This document shows, piece by piece, positions 41,737-54,001 of a stretch of 64,000 nt of DNA; the first letter of the stretch is position 1, and each line of letters begins with the position of its first letter. The translations under genes and the position numbers were made by a program. This stretch comes from Candidatus Binataceae bacterium. GTDB lineage: Bacteria > Desulfobacterota > Binatia > Binatales > Binataceae. The notes beneath the pieces are model-generated. The model saw nothing but the letters and a program-made list of their open reading frames with translations, was not told the origin of the DNA and did not search any database. The stretch is taken from NCBI GenBank assembly GCA_035626155.1, contig DASPOF010000108.1, positions 45,286 through 109,285 on the forward strand, in the 5' to 3' direction.

Positions 41737-43275
41737 TCAGGCCGGAACTTGCCGGCGCGGCGCGGCGACCTCGACGCACGCGCCCGGGCGCGGAATCACC
41801 TTGTTTGGATTCGAGCGTTCGAGCGGGTCGAACACGCGGCGCAATTCGCTCATCACGAGCAGGTCGGCGGGCGAGAACAGCAGCGGCATCTCGCCCTGCT
41901 TCTCGACGCCGATCCCGTGCTCGCCGGTGAGACTTCCGCCCATCTCGACGCAGGCTTTCAGAATTTCTGACCCCGCATCGATGGCGCGGCGGACCTGTCC
42001 GGGCGCGCGCTCGTCGTACAGGATGATCGGGTGGATATTTCCGTCGCCGGCGTGAAAGACGTTGCCAACCATCAGGCCGTACTTGCGGCTGACCGCGCCG
42101 ATGACGCGCAGGATGTCGGGCAGGCGCGTGCGCGGAACGACGCCGTCCTGCGTGCAATAGTTCGGTGCGAGCCGCCCGACCGCTCCGAAAGCCCGCTTGC
42201 GCGCTTTCCACAGCGCGGCGCGCTCGGCCTCGTCGCGCGCGAGCTTTGAATCGGTTGCGCCCGTCGCGTCCGCGATCCGCATCACCTCGCCGGCGCGCTC
42301 GGTAAGCCCCGCCTCGAGGCCGTCGAGCTCGACTATCAGCACCGCGCCCGCATCGACGGCGAGACCCGCGTGAAATGCCGCTTCGACGGCCCGGATGATT
42401 AGCTGATCCATCATTTCGATCGCGCCAGGCACGATCCCCGCGGCGATTATCGCCGAGACGCATCGCGTCGCGGCTTCAACGTCCGGGAAAGTCGCGAGGA
42501 TAGTGCGATGGGACTCGGGCGCGCGCACGATCCTGAGGGTCGCGCGCGTGACGATTCCCGCGGTCCCCTCCGCGCCCACGACCGCGCCCACCAGGTCGTA
42601 ACCGCATCGTTCTTCCGACGGTCCGCCCAGCTCGACGATCTCCCCATCCGCCAGCACGAGCGTTACCCCGAGAACGTGATTGGTCGTGACGCCGTACTTG
42701 AGGGTGTGCGGGCCGCCGGAATTCTCCGCGATATTGCCGCCGATCGTGCACGCCTGCTGCGAGGACGGGTCCGGCGCGTAGAAGTAGCCGTCCTTGGCGA
42801 CCGCGTTGGTCACGTGCAGGTTCACGACTCCGCTTTCGACCTCGACGCGCCGATTGGCGAGATCGATCGACACAATCCGGTTCATGCGCGACGTGCAGAT
42901 CATGACCGGCGCTTGCACCGGCAACGCGCCGCCGGAAAGTCCCGTGCCCGCGCCGCGCGGCACGAACGCAATACCGCGCCGCCACAGCGCCTTGAGCACG
43001 GCGCTCACCTGCTCGGTCGTGCGCGGCAGCACAATCGCATCGGGCGCGCTCTTCTCGATCGTCCATCCGTCGCACTCATAGACGTTGAGCTCCGAGCGGT
43101 GCGTGACGATTCCGTCATCGCCGAGGATGCCGCGAAGCTCGGCGATAAGATCCGCGTCGATGCGGCTCGTGGTCGCGCCCGATGCTTCCACGCCTCGCAC
43201 TGTAGCACAGGCGCGGCTGCACCCGCGCGCCGCGGTTTGGCGGACGCCCCCGGCGCAGTCCATAATAGCGAACAT
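41737..43275 (-). CDS. glcD: Glycolate oxidase subunit GlcD (FAD-linked oxidase)
   Basis: YECDGWT, FVPRGAGTGLSGGALP, VVNLHVTNAVAKDGYFYAPDPSSQQACTIGGNIAENSGGPH, GSLTGEHGIGVEK. Start uncertain: ATG 43275 or 43263, or an internal GTG. The track start 43368 would overlap the divergent aminotransferase gene. Confidence 0.85.
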   Translation of the reverse strand: MFAIMDCAGGVRQTAARGCSRACATVRGVEASGATTSRIDADLIAELRGILGDDGIVTHRSELNVYECDGWTIEKSAPDAIVLPRTTEQVSAVLKALWRRGIAFVPRGAGTGLSGGALPVQAPVMICTSRMNRIVSIDLANRRVEVESGVVNLHVTNAVAKDGYFYAPDPSSQQACTIGGNIAENSGGPHTLKYGVTTNHVLGVTLVLADGEIVELGGPSEERCGYDLVGAVVGAEGTAGIVTRATLRIVRAPESHRTILATFPDVEAATRCVSAIIAAGIVPGAIEMMDQLIIRAVEAAFHAGLAVDAGAVLIVELDGLEAGLTERAGEVMRIADATGATDSKLARDEAERAALWKARKRAFGAVGRLAPNYCTQDGVVPRTRLPDILRVIGAVSRKYGLMVGNVFHAGDGNIHPIILYDERAPGQVRRAIDAGSEILKACVEMGGSLTGEHGIGVEKQGEMPLLFSPADLLVMSELRRVFDPLERSNPNKVIPRPGACVEVAAPRRQVPA

Positions 43276-43355
43276 CAATTTTTGCCTGCCGGGCGTCGCC
43301 ACGCGCAGTCGCGCGCGCCGGCGTGCTGCGGGCGTAATCGCGAGGGGAAGCAATC

Positions 43356-44546
43356 TTGCCGGATACATTTTCGGAGCTCCATCCCACCGCCCGGGTCCTG
43401 CTCGGTCCGGGCCCGTCCAACGTCCACCCGCGAGTGATGAAGGCGATGCTCTCGCCGGTGGTGGGCCATCTCGATCCGGACTTCGTCAAGGTGATGGAGG
43501 AGATCAAGCAACTGCTGCGCATCGTCTTCCGCACCCGCAACGAGATCACGTTTCCGGTCTCGGGGACGGGATCGGCCGGGATGGAAGCGGTGATGGCGAA
43601 TCTGATCGAGGATGGCGACGAAGTGATCGTCGGCGTCAACGGCGCATTCGGCGGGCGGCTGGCCGAGGTCGGCGAACGGCTCGGTGCGAAGGTGCACAAG
43701 GTCGAGGCCGAATGGGGCCGCATCATCGAGCCCGCAAGCTTCGCGGCCGCTCTCAAAGCCACTCGCAAGCCAAAGCTGGTCGCGGTGGTGCACGCCGAAA
43801 CTTCCACGGGAATCCATCAGCCGGTCGAAGAGATTTCCCGGCTCGCGCACGAGCACGGCGCGCTCGTGGCGGTCGATGCGGTGACCTCGCTCGCATGCGT
43901 GCCGGTCGAAATCGACGGTTGGCAGATCGACGCCTGTTACAGTTGCACGCAAAAAGGAATCGGTGCGCCGCCGGGCCTGGCGCCGGTGACCTTCGGCCCG
44001 CGCGCGATGGACGTCGTTCGCAAGCGCAAGACGAAGTGCCGCTCGTGGTATCTCGACCTAAAGCTGATCGAGCAATACTGGGGAGCCGACCGGCTCTATC
44101 ATCACACCGCGCCGATCACGATGAACTACGCGCTCCACGAGGCGCTGCGGATGATTGTCGAGGAGGGCCTCGAGCCGCGCTGGCAGCGCCATCGCGCGAA
44201 CGCGGCGGCGCTGCAAGCGGGAATCGCCGCCTTGGGCCTCAAGCTGATCGCGCAGGAAGGATACCGGCTGCCTCAGCTCAATGCCGTCGGCGTGCCCGAC
44301 GGGATCGATGAGGCGAAAGTGCGCGCAGAGATGCTCCGGCTGTTCAATATCGAAATCGCCGCGGGACTCGGGCCGCTGAAGGGCAAGATCTGGCGGATCG
44401 GGCTGATGGGGGAGGGGTCGCAGCGGGTGAACGTGCTGCTGGTGCTGAGCGCGCTGGAGGAGATCCTCGGGTCGATGGGGATGGAGATCGCGCGCGGTCG
44501 CGCGGTGGCCGCCGCCCACGATGCGTACGCCGCCTCGAACGCATAG
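43356..44546 (+). CDS. Class V aminotransferase (alanine/serine--glyoxylate aminotransferase-like)
   Basis: LLGPGPSNVHPRVMKAM, FPVSGTGSAGMEA, PLP-Lys context YSCTQKGIGAPPGLAPV. TTG start preceded by GAGGGGAAG. Confidence 0.85.
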   Translation: MPDTFSELHPTARVLLGPGPSNVHPRVMKAMLSPVVGHLDPDFVKVMEEIKQLLRIVFRTRNEITFPVSGTGSAGMEAVMANLIEDGDEVIVGVNGAFGGRLAEVGERLGAKVHKVEAEWGRIIEPASFAAALKATRKPKLVAVVHAETSTGIHQPVEEISRLAHEHGALVAVDAVTSLACVPVEIDGWQIDACYSCTQKGIGAPPGLAPVTFGPRAMDVVRKRKTKCRSWYLDLKLIEQYWGADRLYHHTAPITMNYALHEALRMIVEEGLEPRWQRHRANAAALQAGIAALGLKLIAQEGYRLPQLNAVGVPDGIDEAKVRAEMLRLFNIEIAAGLGPLKGKIWRIGLMGEGSQRVNVLLVLSALEEILGSMGMEIARGRAVAAAHDAYAASNA

Positions 44547-44660
44547 CACGAGGATTTTTGTTGGCACACGCGTGCGGAGAGTCCGCCGCGCGTCAGGCAG
44601 GCCGCGCGCGAGATTGGGACCGCGAGCCGATTGAATTCGTGAGAGCCGGGCGAGACGCCG

Positions 44661-47216
44661 CTATTCCTCGCCGGAGGAATCGGGGCCGTCTGCGCCGTTT
44701 CCGCTCGCGCCGTTGCCAGCCGGGCCTTCATCCTCTTCTTTTTCGGCAAGCCCGGCCACCGCACGCACGCGCTCGTTCTCCTCGAGCTTCACCAGGTGGA
44801 CGCCCTGCGCGTTGCGCCCGGTGATTCTCACATCCTTCACGTTGAGCCGGATCACTTTGCCGCCGTCGGTTATCAGCATCACCTGATCGTCCGTCCCGAC
44901 CTGCCGCACGGTGACCACCTTGCCGGTCTTGTCGGTGACGTTCATCGTGATGACGCCCTTGCCGCCGCGATGCGTGAGGCGGTACTCGCTGGCCGGCGTG
45001 CGTTTGCCGAAGCCGAGCTCGGAGACGGTGAGCAGCGTCTCGTCATCGCGCACGACCGACATCGAAACCACCTCGTCCTCCACGAGCGTTGTGGTTTTGC
45101 CCTCCCTGATCGCGTGCGATTCCAGCTCCATCCCGACCACGCCGCCGGTGGCGCGGCCCATCGGCCGCACTTCCTCCTCCTTGAAGCGGATCGCCTGGCC
45201 CTCGCGGGTCGAGAGCACGACCTGCTGATTGCCGTCGGTAATTCGGACGTCCACGAGCGAGTCGCCGTCCTCGAGATTGATCGCGATGATGCCGGTGGAA
45301 CGGATGTTCTCGTACTCATCGAGCGGGGTCTTCTTGACGCGGCCGCGGCGGGTCGAGAAGAACACGAATTTCCCGGCGGCATCGCGCGGCGCGGGAATGA
45401 ACGCCTGGAGCGTCTCGTCGTCGCCGAGATTGAGCAGGTTCGCGATTGAGCGTCCCTTAGCGGCGCGGCCGCCCTCGGGCAGCTCGTACGCCTTGAGCGC
45501 GAACACCTTGCCCGCGCTGGTGAAGAACATGAGGCGGTCGTGCGTCGAGACGCGTTCGAGATTCTCGACGAAGTCCTCCTCGCCGGTGGTCGCGCCGATC
45601 TTGCCGCGCCCGCCGCGCCGCTGCGTGCGATAAAGCGAAAGCGGAGTCCGCTTGATGTAGCCGCCGTGAGTGACGGTGACGAGCACGTCCTCCTCGACGA
45701 TGAGATCCTCGACCGAGAATTCGCCCTCGGCCTCGATAATCTGCGTGCGGCGGGGATCGGCGAACTCCTTTTTGATGTCCTCGAGGTCGGCGGCGATGAG
45801 CTTCATCACTTCGCGCTCATCGGCGAGGATTTTGTGCAGCCGCTTGATGGTTTCCTCGGTTTCCTTGTGTTCGGTTTCGATTTTCTCGCGCTCGAGCGAG
45901 GTGAGCCGGCGCAGCGTCAAATCCAGGATCGCCTGCGCCTGCGCCTGGGTGAGCCCGAACTGGCGCATCAGGCCGGTGCGCGCGGAGTCGGCATCGCGCG
46001 AGGCGCGGATGAGCTTGATGACCGCATCGAGGTTCTTTAGCGCGACGAGCAGGCCCTCGAGGATGTGCAGGCGCGCCTCGGCCTCGCGCAGCTCGAACAA
46101 CGATCGGCGGCGGATGACGACTTTGCGATGCTCCAGGAAGGCGAGCAGCATCTCGCGCAGGTTCATCTCGCGCGGCCGGCCTTCGTGGATGCCGAGCATG
46201 ATCATTCCGTAGCCGACCTGCATCTGGCTCAGCTTATAGAGCTGGTTCAGCACGACGCGCGGCTCCGCGTCGCGCTTGAGGTCGATCACGATTCGCATCC
46301 CGTCGCGGTCGGATTCGTCGCGCAGGTCGCTGATGCCGTCGATCCGCTTTTCGTTGACCAGTTCGGCGATCCGTTCGATGAGCCGCGCCTTGTTCACCTG
46401 GTAGGGAATCTCGCGCACGATAATCGATGCGCGGCCCGAGCGCTTGTCGGTCTCGATCGCGGCGAGCGCGCGCATCACGATCGTGCCGCGCCCCGTCAGG
46501 TACGCCTGCCGGATCGCCTCGCGGCCCAGCAGTTGCCCGCCGGTCGGAAAGTCGGGTCCCGGGATGATGTCGAGGATTTTCGCAAGCGGCAGATCGGGGT
46601 CTGCGATCAGCGCGAGCAGCGCATCGCAAACCTCGCCCAGGTTGTGCGGCGGGATGTTGGTCGCCATCCCCACCGCGATTCCGTCGGAGCCGTTAATGAG
46701 CAGGTTAGGGATTTGCGCCGGAAGAACCTCGGGCTCCTCCTGCGATCCGTCGTAGTTGGGGATGAAATCGACAGTGTCCTTGTCGATATCGGCAAGCATC
46801 CGCTCCGCCAGCCGCGTGAGCTTGCATTCCGTGTAGCGCATCGCGGCCGGAGGGTCGCCATCGACGGAGCCGAAGTTCCCCTGGCCGTCGATGAGCGGAT
46901 AGCGGAGCGAGAACGTTTGCGCCATCCGGACCAGCGCATCGTACACCGAGACATCGCCGTGCGGGTGGTACTTCCCGAGCACGTCGCCGACTACGCCGGC
47001 GCATTTTGTGGAGCGGCGATTGGCGAGCAGGCCCGCCCGGAACATCGCGTAGAGGATGCGGCGATGGACCGGCTTGAGGCCGTCGCGGATGACGGGAAGC
47101 GACCGCCCGATATTCACCGACATCGCGTAGTCCAGATAGGACTGACGCAAGTCGTCTTCAATATTGAGCAGCGCAGGCTCGTTTCGGATTGGTTCGTTGC
47201 CGTTCGTTTCAGCCAT
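44661..47216 (-). CDS. gyrA: DNA gyrase subunit A
   Basis: [35 protein letters not shown], active-site AAMRYTE, C-terminal beta-pinwheel repeats. Confidence 0.96.
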   Translation of the reverse strand: MAETNGNEPIRNEPALLNIEDDLRQSYLDYAMSVNIGRSLPVIRDGLKPVHRRILYAMFRAGLLANRRSTKCAGVVGDVLGKYHPHGDVSVYDALVRMAQTFSLRYPLIDGQGNFGSVDGDPPAAMRYTECKLTRLAERMLADIDKDTVDFIPNYDGSQEEPEVLPAQIPNLLINGSDGIAVGMATNIPPHNLGEVCDALLALIADPDLPLAKILDIIPGPDFPTGGQLLGREAIRQAYLTGRGTIVMRALAAIETDKRSGRASIIVREIPYQVNKARLIERIAELVNEKRIDGISDLRDESDRDGMRIVIDLKRDAEPRVVLNQLYKLSQMQVGYGMIMLGIHEGRPREMNLREMLLAFLEHRKVVIRRRSLFELREAEARLHILEGLLVALKNLDAVIKLIRASRDADSARTGLMRQFGLTQAQAQAILDLTLRRLTSLEREKIETEHKETEETIKRLHKILADEREVMKLIAADLEDIKKEFADPRRTQIIEAEGEFSVEDLIVEEDVLVTVTHGGYIKRTPLSLYRTQRRGGRGKIGATTGEEDFVENLERVSTHDRLMFFTSAGKVFALKAYELPEGGRAAKGRSIANLLNLGDDETLQAFIPAPRDAAGKFVFFSTRRGRVKKTPLDEYENIRSTGIIAINLEDGDSLVDVRITDGNQQVVLSTREGQAIRFKEEEVRPMGRATGGVVGMELESHAIREGKTTTLVEDEVVSMSVVRDDETLLTVSELGFGKRTPASEYRLTHRGGKGVITMNVTDKTGKVVTVRQVGTDDQVMLITDGGKVIRLNVKDVRITGRNAQGVHLVKLEENERVRAVAGLAEKEEDEGPAGNGASGNGADGPDSSGEE

Positions 47217-47275
47217 CTAAATGACGTGCGCCCGAAGGTGCGCAGGTGCGCCCGGGCGGTGGCGCTTCGCGCGGA

Positions 47276-49729
<2,454 letters not shown>

Positions 49730-49986
49730 CTACTAATACAATCGTAGTCATGACCCGTGCCAAAGTAAAGCGGGGCACGGGCGTCATCCACGCTAAAAAC
49801 AAACATCGTCTCGCTATGACTCGGAACGGCAATAAAACGTCGAATTTGCGGACGTTATCTTCCTTTCTCAAGCAGGAATGTTGAGGCGAGATCGGCCCGA
49901 ATTAAGGAGAATCAAATAAAACTATGTTCGATAACTGTGACGGAAGCCTTTGGAGCAAATCCAACCCCTGATTTTCGCATCCCCGC

Positions 49987-51819
49987 TCAATCCGCGCGAC
50001 GGAGATCCGCCCGCAGCTCTTCGGCGCTGACGTAGCCGACCTTGCGCAGCCGCACTTGCCCCTTTGAGTCGATGATCATCGTGGTGGGAACGCCCTGGAT
50101 GCCGAACCGGCTCATGAGCGTCGCATTATTCTTGTCCTGCCGGGTGAGGTCCGCGCGCAGGCGGACGAACCGCTGAGCTTCGCTGACCACCGCGGGATCG
50201 ACGAATGTCGAGCGGTCCATTTCGCGGCACGGGATGCACCAGTCGGCGCGGAAATCGATCAGCACCGGCTTGCGCCCGGCCTGCGCCGCCTGGAGCGCGC
50301 TCGAAAGGAACGGCTGGAATGTAAGTTGAACCGGAGCGCGGCGTGGAATCGATGCGTATATGAGGATGGCAGCCGCGATGGCGCCGACTGCCGATCGGAG
50401 CACCAGGAATGGGCGCCAACTACGGCCTGCGCGTGTCACGAAGCCGAGGAAGATGGCGGCTGCGGCCGCATAGTAGGGCAGGAACCGCATCATCAGGTGG
50501 CGCGGCACGACGGGGTCGAGGAAGTAGATCGCAAGACCGATCAGCACGAAGCCGAATAATTGCTCGATCCACGCAAGCCACTCGCCCGAGCGCGGCAGCC
50601 GGCGGATGCTGCCCGCGGCGAGCGCGATCCCCACGTACGGAATTCCCAGGCCGATCCCGAGCGTGAAGAAAAGCGCGAAACCGAACAGCGCGTTCTGGCT
50701 GCGCTCGACCATCAGCAGCAGTCCGAGCACGATCGGCCCGATGCACGGCGCCGCGACGACGCCCATCCCGAGCCCCATCGCGAACGCCCCGATGAAGCCC
50801 GGCCGCGCCGCAGCCGCCCGCCGCATCATCCATTGCGGCGGCTGCAACACGAAGAACCCGAAGTTCGACAGCGCAAGCCCGACCAGCACCATCGCGAGCG
50901 CGGACAGCACCAGCGGACTCTGCATCGCCGCGCCGAACAATCCGCCCGAGAGCGCGACCGCCACGCCCGCCGCGGAGAACATCATCGTGATTCCCAGCAC
51001 GTAGGTGATCGCGAGCATCAACACGCGGCGTGGCCCGCCGCCCTGATTGCCGAAATAGGCGACCGTCACGCCAATCAGCGGATAGACGCAGGGCGTGAGA
51101 TTGAGCGCGAGTCCTCCGAGCAGGACCGCGAGAAAACCGATCAACCATCCGTGCTTCGCGAACACGTTCGCGATTGCGTTGTTCTCAGCGCCCCCCGCGA
51201 CGGCCTCGCTCGATGCGCCGGTAACGGCCTGGCGCGGTGCGCCCGCGATGGCGCCATCAAGGGCGGCCGCCGCGGCGCCATCTTCGAGCGATGCGATATC
51301 GGCCGTCGCGCTCGTCGAGGTGGGGCGGAGGCACTCGACGTTGTTGCAAGCCTGGTAATCGATCGTCACGGTAACCGGCTTGGCGCCCGACGGATTGAAA
51401 TCGCGCGGGACCGTCAGGGGAACCTCGAAATGCAGCGCGCCCGTGAAGACCGACAGCTTCTGGTCTTTCGAAAATTCGGCCGCAAGCATCTCGGCGGGCG
51501 GATTGGCTACCGGGCCCGCCGTGATGCCGCCCGGTGCGTTCACGGAAACCCGGGTCGGAATATAGAAGTCGCCCGCGGGGCGGTCCGAATTGATATGCCA
51601 TCCGGTCGCCACGAGCGCATCGATCTTGAGCGTGGCGGTCTTGCCGGCCACGAGGCGGCTTGTGAGGCTCACGCGGGTGATTTCGACGATCTGGCCCGCG
51701 ACCGGCATCGCGGCGCTCGCCGCCCCCAGCGCGATCGCGGCCACCACGACCGCCGCGGCGGAAATCGAGGTCAGCCGCCTCGATGCGCGCCGCGCAACCC
51801 AGGCTTCACGTGATTCCAT
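49987..51819 (-). CDS. dsbD: Thiol:disulfide interchange protein DsbD (alpha domain, CcdA-like membrane core, thioredoxin domain)
   Basis: N-terminal domain with DYQACNNVECL, membrane core LNLTPCVYPLI and VAAPCIGPI, C-terminal thioredoxin motif DFRADWCIPCREMD. Confidence 0.88.
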   Translation of the reverse strand: MESREAWVARRASRRLTSISAAAVVVAAIALGAASAAMPVAGQIVEITRVSLTSRLVAGKTATLKIDALVATGWHINSDRPAGDFYIPTRVSVNAPGGITAGPVANPPAEMLAAEFSKDQKLSVFTGALHFEVPLTVPRDFNPSGAKPVTVTIDYQACNNVECLRPTSTSATADIASLEDGAAAAALDGAIAGAPRQAVTGASSEAVAGGAENNAIANVFAKHGWLIGFLAVLLGGLALNLTPCVYPLIGVTVAYFGNQGGGPRRVLMLAITYVLGITMMFSAAGVAVALSGGLFGAAMQSPLVLSALAMVLVGLALSNFGFFVLQPPQWMMRRAAAARPGFIGAFAMGLGMGVVAAPCIGPIVLGLLLMVERSQNALFGFALFFTLGIGLGIPYVGIALAAGSIRRLPRSGEWLAWIEQLFGFVLIGLAIYFLDPVVPRHLMMRFLPYYAAAAAIFLGFVTRAGRSWRPFLVLRSAVGAIAAAILIYASIPRRAPVQLTFQPFLSSALQAAQAGRKPVLIDFRADWCIPCREMDRSTFVDPAVVSEAQRFVRLRADLTRQDKNNATLMSRFGIQGVPTTMIIDSKGQVRLRKVGYVSAEELRADLRRAD

Positions 51820-51837
51820 TGCGGCATTGGTACCGCG

Positions 51838-53019
51838 CTAGCTCGCCTGCGGCGTGTTTTGCGATCCGTCGGTCGAGAGCGGAACCGATCCGACCACCTC
51901 CAGGCCGTAGCCCGGAAGATTGGCGAGCCGCGGGGTCGAATCCGAAAGGATAATCATCTTGCGCACGCCGACATCGCGCAGGATTTGCGCGCCGATTCCG
52001 TAGTCGCGAAAGTCGGCTTCCGTCTGGCCGTAGCGGGTGCTCAAGCGCGGCGCAGGGTGGCGGTTCTCAGTATCGAGTTCGGCGGCGATCTCGTTGGACT
52101 CGCGCTTCACGTAGAGAATCACGCCCTCGCCGGCCTCCGAGATGCGTTCCATGGATGCGCGCAGCAGGTCGCGCGTGTTGCGCAGCGAGTAGCCGAAAAC
52201 GTCGCCGGGCAGGTACTCGCGATGCGCGCGAACCAGGATCGGGCGCGCCGGATCGACCTTGCCCATCACGAGCACGAGATGCTCCGTGTGATCGATGAGG
52301 TTGCGATACACCATCGCGCGGAACTCGCCGTACGCGGTCGGAAGCCGCGCCTCGGCGACCCGATGCACCATCGTCTCGTTGCGCAGCCGGTACTCGATTA
52401 TATCCGCGACGGTCACGATCTTCAGATCGTGGGCCTGCGCGAATTTGACCAGGTCGTCGCGCCGCGCCATCGTGCCGTCTTCCTTGAGAATCTCGCAGAT
52501 GACCCCGGCGGGTTTGAGCCCCGCAAGGCGCGCCAGGTCCACCGCGCCCTCGGTCTGGCCCGTGCGCACCAGCACGCCGCCATCGCGCGCGCGAAGCGGA
52601 TAAACGTAGCCGGGCGTGATGAACTCGCTGCCGCTGGCGTCCTCGCGCACGGCCTGGAGAATCGTGGTCGCGCGATCGCGCGCGGAAATTCCCGACCCCT
52701 TGCAGCGGCGCGCGGTGATCGCGGTGGTGAACGCGGTCCCAAGCGGCGCCTGGTTATCGCCTACCATCATGCTGAGCCCGAGACGGTCGATTCGCTCCGC
52801 GGCCATCGGCAGGCAGATCAGGCCGCGCGCGTGCGTGGCCATGAAGTTGATCGCCTCGGGCGTGACTTTCTCGGCCGCCATGCACAGGTCGCCCTCGTTC
52901 TCGCGCCGCTCATCATCCATGAGGATGAGCATGCGGCCGCGCCGGGTCTCTTCGAGAGCTTCCTCGGTCGAGATGAAAGGGGCCTTGGCTTTCGCCCGTG
53001 GGTTCATCTCACCGAACAT
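51838..53019 (-). CDS. ribBA: 3,4-dihydroxy-2-butanone-4-phosphate synthase fused to a degenerate GTP cyclohydrolase II-like domain
   Basis: The RibB half is intact (MDDERRENEGDLCMAAEKVTPEAINFMATHARGLICL, RTGQTEGAVDLARLAG). The RibA-like half aligns (VAEARLPTAYGEF..) but lacks the Zn cysteines; see findings. Confidence 0.85.
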   Translation of the reverse strand: MFGEMNPRAKAKAPFISTEEALEETRRGRMLILMDDERRENEGDLCMAAEKVTPEAINFMATHARGLICLPMAAERIDRLGLSMMVGDNQAPLGTAFTTAITARRCKGSGISARDRATTILQAVREDASGSEFITPGYVYPLRARDGGVLVRTGQTEGAVDLARLAGLKPAGVICEILKEDGTMARRDDLVKFAQAHDLKIVTVADIIEYRLRNETMVHRVAEARLPTAYGEFRAMVYRNLIDHTEHLVLVMGKVDPARPILVRAHREYLPGDVFGYSLRNTRDLLRASMERISEAGEGVILYVKRESNEIAAELDTENRHPAPRLSTRYGQTEADFRDYGIGAQILRDVGVRKMIILSDSTPRLANLPGYGLEVVGSVPLSTDGSQNTPQAS

Positions 53020-53242
53020 GCGTCCAACCTCTAAGGCGGTAATTGCCGCGAATGGTCATGCTGCACCGGATTCTACAACGTGCAGCAAGCGCCAGTGAAT
53101 CCCTCGCGACAGGGGGTTCGCCCGGCTTCCACGAGCGTCGCCGCGACGCGGGCTCCGTCCCGCCGGGACGCTTCTTCGTTTCCGCCGAAAACTCCAATGC
53201 GCCGGAACTCGCTCTAAATCCGACGCGTGCTATTGTGCGCCG

Positions 53243-54001
53243 ATGGCGGTCGAAATTCGCAAAGCGGTGCTGCTCGCCGCGGGACGCGGGAAGCGTCTGG
53301 GCAGCTTGACCCTGCGCACTCCGAAGCCGCTGCTTGAAGTGGCGGGCGCGCCGTTGGTACAGCATATCGCGCTTGCTCTTGGCGACGCGGCAATCGATCG
53401 ATTCGTGATTGTCGCGGGCTATCTTGCGGAGCAAGTCGAGGCGTGGGCGGCGGCGTTCGGTAAACGCCATCCCGAGTTCGATCTATCGGTCGTTCGGCAG
53501 GGCGAGCTCAGCGGGACGGCCGGCGCGATGCTCGCAGCGAAGGCGGCGGTCGCGGGCGATCGGCGGTTCATCTTCGGATGGGGCGACGTTCTGATGGACC
53601 GCGCGAATTACCGCCGGTTTGCCGCGCGCGCCGCCGAGGATGATTACGATCTCCTGCTGGCCGTGAATCGGACGAAAGATCCCTGGCGTGGCGCGGCGGT
53701 CTATCTGACCGGGGAGATGCGCGTGGAGCGCCTGGTAGAGAAACCGCCCCGCGGCACATCGACAACCCCGTGGAACAACGCCGGCCTCTTCTCGGCCGGG
53801 GCTTCCCTCTTCGACTACCTGGAACGGCTGGAGCCGTCGCCGCGCGGCGAACTCGAATTGCCCCTGGCGATCCCTGCGATGATCGCGGACGGACTCGTCG
53901 TGCGCGCGATCGATATGCGCGGCTTCTGGAGCGATGTTGGCACGCCGGCCGATCTTGAACTTGCCCGGCGCCGATTCAGGCCCAAGAGCGCGTCGCGATG
54001 A
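53243..54001 (+). CDS. Sugar-1-phosphate nucleotidylyltransferase (NTP_transferase domain)
   Basis: KAVLLAAGRGKRLGSLTLRTPKPLLEVAGAPL, the signature G-x-G-x-R-L. Confidence 0.8.
   Translation: MAVEIRKAVLLAAGRGKRLGSLTLRTPKPLLEVAGAPLVQHIALALGDAAIDRFVIVAGYLAEQVEAWAAAFGKRHPEFDLSVVRQGELSGTAGAMLAAKAAVAGDRRFIFGWGDVLMDRANYRRFAARAAEDDYDLLLAVNRTKDPWRGAAVYLTGEMRVERLVEKPPRGTSTTPWNNAGLFSAGASLFDYLERLEPSPRGELELPLAIPAMIADGLVVRAIDMRGFWSDVGTPADLELARRRFRPKSASR

Noticed and set aside
44562-44577. TGGCAC-ACGCG-TGCG sigma-54-like string
   Set aside because: The -12 element is wrong (TGCG, not TTGC). It also lies in the gap between two convergent genes (aminotransferase and gyrA), where no promoter is needed.
53020-53242. 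Possible FMN (RFN) riboswitch in the 223-nt leader of ribBA
   Set aside because: On the minus strand there are fragments reminiscent of RFN (CCGGCGGGACGGAGCCCGCG, GGAAGCCGGGCGAA). The highly conserved AGGGTGAAATTCCC and GGATGGGAGAAG-type segments are absent. I cannot assemble the six-helix junction by eye. This needs an Infernal scan with RF00050 before any call.
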